Below, in pieces: positions 9,241-17,074 of a stretch of DNA of 64,000 nt. Numbering within the stretch: the first letter of the stretch is position 1; the number at the start of each line of letters is the position of its first letter. The translations under genes were made by a program, and so were the position numbers. The notes under the pieces are model-generated. The model was not told where the DNA came from and made no database searches. It worked only from the letters and a program-made list of their open reading frames with translations. The DNA comes from Candidatus Dormiibacterota bacterium (GTDB taxonomy: Bacteria; Chloroflexota; Limnocylindria; Limnocylindrales; CSP1-4), in contig DASQIK010000027.1 of NCBI GenBank assembly GCA_035631615.1, forward strand, positions 63,446-127,445, read 5' to 3'.

Positions 9241-10638
9241 ATGCCCTCTCTGCGCGCGCTTGCGCGGCCATTTCAAGGTCCGCGCCACGGTTCGACTCGA
9301 CACTCCCGGTTCGGCCGCGGCGCGGGGCGAATCCTCGCGGTCGCCGGCATGGCCCTGCTCGTGAGCCCGCTCACACTCCACGGCCCGCTGACCCCGACCC
9401 TGGCAATGACGCCCGGTTCGGCCGCCGCGGGAGTCCGGGTCCTGGTCACCGGGACGAACTTCGCGCAGCGAAGACTGGTCCAGCTCACCTGGGATGGATC
9501 GACCGGCGGCATGCCGACCCTGAACACCGGGCGAGATGGCCAGTTCGCCGCGACCATGATCGTCCCGTACACCGCGCCGGGGGCGCATACCCTTGGCGCG
9601 TTGATGGTCCAGACCAGGTCCGCCTTGCCAAGCACCGTGAGCCCCGCCTCCCAGATCGTCCTGGCGTCCGAGACGTTCACGATCACGACCGACGAGGCGT
9701 CTGCGGATCCAAGCGTGCTGCCCACCATCGACCCTGGCCCGACACCGGACCCGACCTTCATGCCGGATCCCACGGCGGCGCCGCTTCCCACGCCGACGCT
9801 CGAGCCGACCGTTACGCCCGCTCCAGATCCGACCGCCCGCCCGACGGCCGCGCCGACCGCCAGGCCGGCGCCCAAGCCCACCCCGCGTCCCACCCCCCGG
9901 CCCACGCCCAGGCCGACGCCTCCGCCGAGTGGCGGCGTCCCGCCGATGCCAGCGGCCGACCTCCTGCGGAAGAACTTCGCGGATGGGTCCCTGTGGCCGT
10001 TCCGCGTCGTCGACTACCCGAATGACCATCCGACCGACCCGATGTCCTGGGCGTGCGATTACAAGACCGACAGCAGCGTGGTCTCGGTCCATGATGGCTA
10101 CCTCCACCTGCGGGCATACCCGAAGGCCGGCGGCCGCTGGAACTGTGGCTTCGTCTCGACGGGCATGGACGCGAACGGACACGGCGCGTCGTTCAGCGTC
10201 AGGTACGGCTACGTGCAGTTCGCCGCCAAGATCAATGTCGGTCACGCAACGTGGCAGGCCCCGCTGTGGCTCCTCAACACGGTCACGGGCTGGAACGCGG
10301 CCGAGATCGACGTGGCCGAGGTCATCGGCGGCCGGCTGACGTACAACCTCCACGGCACGACCGAGCGCCGGGTGGGCTCGGTGGCGCCCCCGAGCAACAT
10401 GGCCTCCGCGTGGCACGTGTTCGGCGTTGCCAAGACGAGCAACCACATCACGTTCGTCATGGACGGCAGGGTCATCGGCCGCTGGTACGGCTCGATGACC
10501 GACCCGATGGCGCTGCTCGCCGACAGCAAGGTCGGCATCAAGTGGGACAACCTCTACCCGAACAGCACCACCCCGTCGCCCACGTGGGTCAAGCTCGCGT
10601 GGATCACCGTCTCCTCGCACATCCCCAGCGGCCTCTAG
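9241..10638 (+). CDS. secreted GH16-like (concanavalin-like glucanase) protein with Pro/Thr-rich linker
   Basis: RBS AAAGGGAG precedes the ATG. The N-terminal hydrophobic segment 'ILAVAGMALLVSPL' is followed by a ~70 aa PT-rich linker (PTPDPT...PRPTPRPTPRPTPPP). The C-terminal domain carries 'WQAPLWLLNTVTGWNAAEIDVAEV' (GH16 ExDxxE-like). It is paralogous to 29094..30428. Confidence 0.7.
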   Translation: MPSLRALARPFQGPRHGSTRHSRFGRGAGRILAVAGMALLVSPLTLHGPLTPTLAMTPGSAAAGVRVLVTGTNFAQRRLVQLTWDGSTGGMPTLNTGRDGQFAATMIVPYTAPGAHTLGALMVQTRSALPSTVSPASQIVLASETFTITTDEASADPSVLPTIDPGPTPDPTFMPDPTAAPLPTPTLEPTVTPAPDPTARPTAAPTARPAPKPTPRPTPRPTPRPTPPPSGGVPPMPAADLLRKNFADGSLWPFRVVDYPNDHPTDPMSWACDYKTDSSVVSVHDGYLHLRAYPKAGGRWNCGFVSTGMDANGHGASFSVRYGYVQFAAKINVGHATWQAPLWLLNTVTGWNAAEIDVAEVIGGRLTYNLHGTTERRVGSVAPPSNMASAWHVFGVAKTSNHITFVMDGRVIGRWYGSMTDPMALLADSKVGIKWDNLYPNSTTPSPTWVKLAWITVSSHIPSGL

Positions 10639-10769
10639 TCACGACGTCGTCCCGAAGGGTGCACCGCGCGTCCACGACGCGTGACGTACCCTTTGGGCGA
10701 TAGCCGTTCGGGAGACCCCGCCAGCCAGGTCGGTCCGGTGACGCCCCGAGGGGTCGAGAAGGACGCGCC

Positions 10770-12248
10770 TTGGCCATTGATCGACATTCGGGCGCCCGTC
10801 TGCTCCTCCTCGTGCTGTCGGTGGCAGGCCTCGCCGGTCTCGCCCTCGCTGCGCGACCACGCAAGGATTCCGTGCCGGTTCTCACCCCGCTCCCGTCCAT
10901 CTCGGTGCCTGCGCCTGCAGCGAGCGATCTATTCGTCTCAACGTCGGGGCACGACGGGTCGGCCGGCTCAGCCTCCGATCCCCTTGCATCCCTCCAGGCC
11001 GCGGTCGATCGCGTCGCGCCTGGAAGCACCGTGTGGGTAGAGCCCGGCAGGTACCAGGGCTTCGGGCTCCGTCGCGGCGGTCTCTCGGGCGCGCCCATCA
11101 CCATCGCGGCCACGACCCCGGGGACCGCCGTCATCACGCCCTTCGGTGTCGACTCCACGATCGACCTCGTCGGCGCTTCACACGTCGATCTGATCAACCT
11201 CGTCGTCGAGGGGCCGACATCCGGAATGCTGAGCGCCGTCTACCTCGAACGGAGCAGCGCGATCACGATCGAGGGCTGCACCCTCCGGGGGACGACCGGC
11301 GGTTTCGGCGTCCAGGTCCGCTTCTCGTCGGACGTGACCATCCGCGACAACGACATCCTCCACAACGCGATGGGAGTGCGCCTGTATGGCGAGGGTGACC
11401 CGAGTTCCGTGCATGACGTCCTGATCGAGGACAACTGGATCCACGACAGCGATTCGATGGTCGTGAACGATGCTGCTCCGAACAACGACTACGGCGCAAA
11501 TGGGATCGTCTGGCACAAGGTCACCGGGACCACTATCGCCCGCGGGAACAAGCTCTGGGCGAACCGCGCGGTGAGCCACGACTACGGATACGACGGCGGT
11601 GCCTTCGAGATCTGGGGCTCGAGCAACGCCCAGATCGTCAGCAACGTCGCCTGGGACAACGAAAACGTGATGGAGACCGGGTCGGATGGGCCGGACTGCA
11701 CGAACATCTCGTTTCTCAGAAACGTGGCGTACGCGCCCAGCTTCGGCGTCGGCCTGATCCTTCGGTGTGCCCGTGACTCGCTCATCGCAAACAACGTCCT
11801 CGACCACCTTCAGTCGTACGCGTTCGAACTCAGTGATCGCTCTGGTGGAAATCAGTTCGCGACATCGATCGACGGCCTCAGGATCGAGAACAACATCGTG
11901 GTCGGATCGCTCGCGTACGCCATTCGCAACGCCCTCCCGGCGACCGTCGTCCTCGACTACAACGTCCTACCGCCTCGACGGGCCATCGCGTCGTTCCCGA
12001 ACGGTGTGGTCAGCGTCTCGGTCGCGGCGTTCACGCGCGCCACTGGCCAGGATTCCCACTCGATCGCGGTCGATCCGGCATTCGTGGCCGCCTCCGCGCA
12101 CGACTACCGGCTTCGGCCCGGATCGCCGGCGATCGACCGCGGCACCGTGGTGATCCCGGGAGAAACGTTCCTCGGTGCCGCGCCGGACATCGGGGCCTAC
12201 GAGGGCGCCGCTGCGCTCCCCTCTCCGTCGCCCGCCGGATCCGGCTGA
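10770..12248 (+). CDS. secreted right-handed parallel beta-helix repeat protein (pectate-lyase/NosD-like fold)
   Basis: TTG start after RBS GAGAAGGA; signal peptide 'ARLLLLVLSVAGLAGLALAA'. Repeated 'VxIxDNxIxxN' beta-helix turns ('VTIRDNDILHN', 'VLIEDNWIHDS', 'LRIENNIVVGS'). Confidence 0.65.
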   Translation: MAIDRHSGARLLLLVLSVAGLAGLALAARPRKDSVPVLTPLPSISVPAPAASDLFVSTSGHDGSAGSASDPLASLQAAVDRVAPGSTVWVEPGRYQGFGLRRGGLSGAPITIAATTPGTAVITPFGVDSTIDLVGASHVDLINLVVEGPTSGMLSAVYLERSSAITIEGCTLRGTTGGFGVQVRFSSDVTIRDNDILHNAMGVRLYGEGDPSSVHDVLIEDNWIHDSDSMVVNDAAPNNDYGANGIVWHKVTGTTIARGNKLWANRAVSHDYGYDGGAFEIWGSSNAQIVSNVAWDNENVMETGSDGPDCTNISFLRNVAYAPSFGVGLILRCARDSLIANNVLDHLQSYAFELSDRSGGNQFATSIDGLRIENNIVVGSLAYAIRNALPATVVLDYNVLPPRRAIASFPNGVVSVSVAAFTRATGQDSHSIAVDPAFVAASAHDYRLRPGSPAIDRGTVVIPGETFLGAAPDIGAYEGAAALPSPSPAGSG

Positions 12249-13483
12249 CGCAGGCGTCCGACGGCGCGAGCCGCAAGGGTCCGGATCGTCTGCACGACCA
12301 TGCGGGCGGCGGGCCTTGGGTCATCGCGCGCGACCCACGCTCGCTCCTCGACGCCCCGGAGGCTCGAGAGGTAGCCGCGAAGCCCGAGCTCTCCGCGCCA
12401 AGCGAGCTTGATGGAGGTCGCGAGATCCTGGTCCTCCACCAGCCAGCGCCGGCCTTCGGGAGCGCGGCCGCCGGGCACGGACTGACCGGTCAGGTCCAGG
12501 TACAGCGCCCGCACGACATCGAGGCCGTTCCGCGCGACGAACAGCCGGAATGAGCTGCCGATGCGCGGATTGACGTCGAGCAACTTGTAGCGGCCGTCGC
12601 GCGCGTCGTACCGGAAGCCGAGGTCGACCATGCCGCGGTAGCCGAGATCACCGAGAAACCGCACCGCGAGCTCACGGACCACCTCGTTGCTCACCACCAC
12701 GCCGAGCGTCGTCGCGCCGGTGCGTGGCGGCGCCTGGCGGATCTTCTGGCCGACGATTCCGATCGGGCTCGCACCATTCCGATCGAAGTAGCCGTTGAAC
12801 ATCCAGATGGAGCGCGCATCGCCGGGGATGAACTCCTGAAGCATGAGATTCGGCTCGCCGGGGTCTTCGATGCGGTCGTACAGCTCGATCGCCTCGTTCC
12901 GGGTGTGGGCGACGGCCACGCTCACCGCCCGGGGGCGGCGCCGCAGGATTCGCGGATCCATGCTCTTCAGGACGATCGGGTAGCCGAGCTCCTCGGCGCC
13001 GGCCAGCATCTCGTCGCGTGAGGTCGGAAACCGCGCCGCCGGCGTTGGGATGCCGGCCCGCAGGCACAGGTTGTGCAGGCGGCCTTTGTCGCTGAGCTCG
13101 AGCGGCAGGCCAGCGGGCTGATCCGGGAGCAGGAACTCCCGTGGCAGCTGGGCGAAGTTGTCGGCCACGAACAGGGCGGCCACGTCGTCAGCGGCAATCA
13201 GCAGCGCTCGCGTGCCGATCCGGGCGGCGACGCGCCGGAGCAGCTCAAGGATCGCCACGTCCCCGGCCTCCGGCGGCGGCATCCCCGTCCGGCTTGCCAC
13301 GTACCGGCTGCGGGCGGGCGGAGCGTCCGGGTCTCGCGTCGCCAAGTGCACGCGAACCCCGAGCCGGCCAAGCGAGCGGGCGATCGCGAGCGTGCCGTGC
13401 TGGAAGGGGTCGCTGGTGAGCTTGAACACGGCGACCGGCGTACCGGCATCGACGAGTGGGCTGGTGAGACGAGCGTCGATCAA
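12197..13483 (-). CDS. ATP-grasp domain ligase
   Basis: Pre-ATP-grasp 'AVFKLTSDPFQHGTLAIARSLGRLGVRVHLA', then 'YPIVLKSMDPRI...LMLQEFIPG...' and 'YRGMVDLGFRYDARDGRYKLLDVNPRIGSSF' (ATP-grasp C-terminal motif). TTG start 2 nt after the comB stop. Confidence 0.7.
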   Translation of the reverse strand: MIDARLTSPLVDAGTPVAVFKLTSDPFQHGTLAIARSLGRLGVRVHLATRDPDAPPARSRYVASRTGMPPPEAGDVAILELLRRVAARIGTRALLIAADDVAALFVADNFAQLPREFLLPDQPAGLPLELSDKGRLHNLCLRAGIPTPAARFPTSRDEMLAGAEELGYPIVLKSMDPRILRRRPRAVSVAVAHTRNEAIELYDRIEDPGEPNLMLQEFIPGDARSIWMFNGYFDRNGASPIGIVGQKIRQAPPRTGATTLGVVVSNEVVRELAVRFLGDLGYRGMVDLGFRYDARDGRYKLLDVNPRIGSSFRLFVARNGLDVVRALYLDLTGQSVPGGRAPEGRRWLVEDQDLATSIKLAWRGELGLRGYLSSLRGVEERAWVARDDPRPAARMVVQTIRTLAARAVGRLRQPDPAGDGEGSAAAPS

Positions 13484-13485
13484 GT

Positions 13486-14205
13486 TCAGCTGGTGGCGCC
13501 CGTGCGCACGACCACCTCGCTGTTGCGCATCTCATAGGTGGTCGTGACGTCGGTCACGTGCTCGAGGATGAACGACAGGTCGTCGAGCTGCCCGGAGTCG
13601 CGCAGGTAGCGCGCGCTCTTGCCCTCCGTGATCGCGGCTGCCGGCGCGTCGCGCCAGGTGTCCACCACTCGGCGCGTCTCGTCATCGGCGTCATAGCCGG
13701 CGTCGATGAGCGGGCCGGCGATCCAGGCGCAGCAGAGCTGGTCCTCCTCGCGGAACTCGCCGCGTGTGCCGGCGCCGAGGAGCACGACCTCCGGGGGTCG
13801 GGCTCGCACGAGTTCCGCGGCCTGCGCCTCCCAGTTCCGCAGGCAGGCAAGGAACGTCGTCGGATGGGCCGCCGCCGCGGTCCGGAGGAGGCGCGTCCCC
13901 GAAGTCGACAGGAGAATCGCCGGGCGACTCGGGTCGCCGGCGCGAGCGATCGCCGCGGGGCTGTTGTTCAGGTCGAAGCCGTAGGGCATGTTCCCGCCGA
14001 GCTCCCCGACCAGCAGCGGGTGCTCGAGGCGAGCCTGGAGCTCTGCGACCTCGTCCAGGTTCGCGGCCACGAAGCACCGACGCCCACCCGCGACCGCGGT
14101 GATCGCCGTGGTCGTGGAGCGGATGACGTCGACGCCGACCACGACCGCGTCACGCGCGTAGCCGCGGAGCTCCGCGAGGTAGACCTCGATCCTGACGGAC
14201 GGCAT
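13486..14205 (-). CDS. comB: 2-phosphosulfolactate phosphatase (ComB family)
   Basis: 'VVVGVDVIRSTTTAITAVAGG' matches the ComB signature (VIDVLRAS/TT). Length 239 aa; sits 3 nt downstream of comA. Confidence 0.75.
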   Translation of the reverse strand: MPSVRIEVYLAELRGYARDAVVVGVDVIRSTTTAITAVAGGRRCFVAANLDEVAELQARLEHPLLVGELGGNMPYGFDLNNSPAAIARAGDPSRPAILLSTSGTRLLRTAAAAHPTTFLACLRNWEAQAAELVRARPPEVVLLGAGTRGEFREEDQLCCAWIAGPLIDAGYDADDETRRVVDTWRDAPAAAITEGKSARYLRDSGQLDDLSFILEHVTDVTTTYEMRNSEVVVRTGATS

Positions 14206-14208
14206 CCC

Positions 14209-15024
14209 TCAGGCGTCGCTCGGGCTGGGGGCAGGCGGCCGCAGGTTCGCGTGGCCGAACGCATCCGAGTGCAGCCCGCGCCGGTAGATCTCCACCCGCA
14301 GGAGCTCCTCGAGGCGCACGTTGCACAGCCGCACCTCCGGACCGAAGTGATTGAGCAGCGCGAACTGGCTGGGCTTGTTCGGGGCCTCGAACATCGTGAT
14401 CCCGAACCCGAACGCCTCGACGAAGCGCTCGGCCAGCGCCGTGTTGAGGTTGCCGTCCATGTCGAACAAGCCGACGCCCTTTGCGCTCTCGCGCGCCTCC
14501 ACGACCAGCTCCTTCGCGCCCGCATCCAACCAGCGTCTGCCCTGCTCGACCAGCTCCTCGGCGACGTCGTTTGTGAACGCGCCGCCGTGCTTCTTGCCGA
14601 GCTCGAACTGGAAGTCGAGGCCACGCGCCGCGGCCAGATGCGCCACCGTCTCGGGTGCGAGCCGCATGTCAGTGAAGCCCTCGCCACACTCGAACCTGTC
14701 GAACCCGATCTCGGCGCAGAGGTCCAGATATGCCTCGAGCTGGCCCTGTGCGACGGCCACCTCGAAGGGGCCACCACCGGTGACGGTGGGCACGCCGTGC
14801 TTCTTTGCCGCCGCGACTTTCGCCCGGGTTGCGCCCTCGTCAGCAATGATCCAGCACGCCATCGAGACCTTCAGGATCGAGATCAGGTGGTGGCTCTGCG
14901 CCAGATGGGATTCGAGGGTGACCGGGTCATAGCCCGGGTCGAACGGGCTTGTCGATGGCTCGAGGCTGCGCACGCCGATCGCGCGCAGGTAGCTGGCGAG
15001 GTAGCCATGGGCATCAGCCGTCAT
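14209..15024 (-). CDS. comA: (2R)-phospho-3-sulfolactate synthase (ComA family)
   Basis: 'AKELVVEARESAKGVGLFDMDGNLN...GITMFEAPNKPSQFALLNHFGPEVRLCNVRLEELLRVEIYRRGLHSDAFG' aligns with M. jannaschii ComA 'ADYVIIEGRESGKGIGLFDKEGKV...[48 protein letters not shown]'. Confidence 0.8.
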   Translation of the reverse strand: MTADAHGYLASYLRAIGVRSLEPSTSPFDPGYDPVTLESHLAQSHHLISILKVSMACWIIADEGATRAKVAAAKKHGVPTVTGGGPFEVAVAQGQLEAYLDLCAEIGFDRFECGEGFTDMRLAPETVAHLAAARGLDFQFELGKKHGGAFTNDVAEELVEQGRRWLDAGAKELVVEARESAKGVGLFDMDGNLNTALAERFVEAFGFGITMFEAPNKPSQFALLNHFGPEVRLCNVRLEELLRVEIYRRGLHSDAFGHANLRPPAPSPSDA

Positions 15025-16310
15025 TCCTCCCGTCCCTCCTGAACCCGCGGGCGTCGAGCCTGGATCTGTGGCCGAATGATTTCACGGTAGATGACCGGCA
15101 GCATCGGCAGCACCTCGAGGCCCATCGCGACTGCCACGCCGATCCCGAGGCCGCGGAGGCCGCCGGCGGTCGCGCCGAGGTATCCGCCGAGGATCTCGAT
15201 CAGGGCCCCAAGCGCAACGAGTCGAGTCGCGGACGAGAGGTGGCCTCGAACGCGCTGGATGGTGATGTACTGGCCCTTGAATACGCCGCCGATGACGGTC
15301 AGCGGCAGGGCGAAGAGGGCTTCCGTGCCCGCGTCCGAGTAGCCGCGTCCGAAGATTCGGAGGACGATCGGCCCGAGGATCCACAGCGCCACGGCACTGC
15401 CGACGCCGGTCACGATCGAGAGCCGGAGCGTCAGCCAGCCCCACCTGGCAAGGGATCCGGGCTCGCGCGACGCTTCCGCAAACAGGATCCACGTGAATGC
15501 CACCTGGACGAAGGCGGCGATGCCGACGAGCTGCCACGCCAGGAAGAAGCCGGCATTCGAGCTGGCCGAGAGCGCGGTGACTGCCACGATCGGCATCGCC
15601 CAGCCCGGAACCTGGATCGCGAGGTTCAGCATGTGATGCTGCAGCGACGCGAGCCACTGCTGGCCGAGAAACTCCCAGTGGAACGGGTAGGCGGCTCGCA
15701 GGTTGCCACGACGCCCCGCGATCAGGGCGAGGACGACGAGCGAGAGCCCCGTCGAGATCACCCACGGGGCGATCATGCCGAGCCCGGCCGAGGCGAGCGC
15801 GAACGACGCAAACATTGCGAGCAACAGGAGGCGCAGCAGGGCCGCGAGCACGTTCCGGAAGAGTTGCAGCCCACTGCGCAGGAGACCGATCAGCGCCTGG
15901 TCGAGGACGAGACTGGCGGCAGTCACGCTCGCGCCGAGGGTCACGAGGACGATGGTGATGAGCGACTCGCGAAGCGGCGCGAAGTCCACCGACAGCAGCG
16001 GCGCGATCAGGACGAATCCCAGGCCCAGGACCCCGCCGACGGCGGCCGAAGCGACGAGCGACGTCGTGACGATCGCGATCTCGCGCCCCGGATGTGCCGG
16101 AATCTCACGGATGAGCAGCGTGCCCAGGCCCATCGCCCCGACCGCACCGACCAGCGACATGCCCGAGGTGACGGCGGACGCGAAGCCGACATCGGACTGG
16201 CTGAAGGTCCGACTCGCGATCAACCAGAAGACGAACCCGACGCCAGCCGTGAGCAGCTGGCTGAGGACCAGCGACGTGCTCGATGCGAGAAAGTCACGGA
16301 CCCGCGGCAT
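15021..16310 (-). CDS. polysaccharide biosynthesis protein, Wzx-like flippase (MOP superfamily)
   Basis: 429 aa polytopic membrane protein from Met 'MPRVRDFLASS...'; the ORF-finder N-terminal extension was rejected. Its stop overlaps the comA ATG (ATGA). Confidence 0.7.
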   Translation of the reverse strand: MPRVRDFLASSTSLVLSQLLTAGVGFVFWLIASRTFSQSDVGFASAVTSGMSLVGAVGAMGLGTLLIREIPAHPGREIAIVTTSLVASAAVGGVLGLGFVLIAPLLSVDFAPLRESLITIVLVTLGASVTAASLVLDQALIGLLRSGLQLFRNVLAALLRLLLLAMFASFALASAGLGMIAPWVISTGLSLVVLALIAGRRGNLRAAYPFHWEFLGQQWLASLQHHMLNLAIQVPGWAMPIVAVTALSASSNAGFFLAWQLVGIAAFVQVAFTWILFAEASREPGSLARWGWLTLRLSIVTGVGSAVALWILGPIVLRIFGRGYSDAGTEALFALPLTVIGGVFKGQYITIQRVRGHLSSATRLVALGALIEILGGYLGATAGGLRGLGIGVAVAMGLEVLPMLPVIYREIIRPQIQARRPRVQEGREE

Positions 16311-17074
16311 CAGGCGCTCCCTGTGCCGGTCGAGTACGTGACCCGCCGGTACACGACGTCCGGCTGCGAGGCGACGTAGACGAGGACCTCGAGTGGCGGT
16401 CCGCCCCGGGCTGGCTGGGGCACGAGCGTGGTCCATCGCTCCCCCATCGCGACCGTGATCGCAGGGAACGACCTCTGGATGATACCGCCGACGGTCACGT
16501 CCACCCGGTACGTCGTCGTCGCGAGCTCCTGGTTGTCGAGACCGATCTTGACCATCCCCGACCCTGCCGGTACGACCCACAGGGCCGAGAACGGCTCCGA
16601 CGGCTGCTTGACACCGGCGCGTGCGATGAGCAGCGAGACCATCATCAGGACGCATGCGGCGACCATCGCAAGCGCCTGCCCGTTCGTCGGCCTGACCCAC
16701 GACTCGCGACGGAGCGGCGGCAGACCGCGACGGGCAAACACGGCGATGGCCAGCAGGAGGACGGCGACGAGCCCGAGCCAGGCGGTCCGGCTGAGGCCGC
16801 CGGGGATCAGGTTGAGGACGAGCCCACCGATCGCGATGCAACCGAGGCTCAGCGCCGAAGCGACGAGGAACAGGTCCAACCGCCGCAGGGACTCGACCGG
16901 GCGGCGGGTGATCGCAAGGACGATCCCCGGGAGAATCAGCACGACCAGCGCCACGGAGGCCAGCACGAACGCGATGATCCCGGCGATCGACGCCGCGAGG
17001 ATCACGGCGAGTGCGACCGCGCCGGTCAGCGCCAGCACCACCAGCGCGGTGCCGGGGGGCGTTCTACCGAGCAC
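16310..17074 (-). CDS. membrane protein (DUF1616-like: N-terminal TM helices plus C-terminal beta-rich domain)
   Basis: Four predicted TM helices followed by a soluble ~90 aa domain. Its stop overlaps the flippase start (TGATG). Confidence 0.5.
   Translation of the reverse strand: MLGRTPPGTALVVLALTGAVALAVILAASIAGIIAFVLASVALVVLILPGIVLAITRRPVESLRRLDLFLVASALSLGCIAIGGLVLNLIPGGLSRTAWLGLVAVLLLAIAVFARRGLPPLRRESWVRPTNGQALAMVAACVLMMVSLLIARAGVKQPSEPFSALWVVPAGSGMVKIGLDNQELATTTYRVDVTVGGIIQRSFPAITVAMGERWTTLVPQPARGGPPLEVLVYVASQPDVVYRRVTYSTGTGSA

Noticed and set aside
10639-10700. Inverted repeats (ACGACGTCGT; AAGGGT...ACCCTT) after the GH16-like gene as a possible terminator
   Set aside because: The stems are short with a very large loop and no U-tract, so support for a terminator is insufficient.
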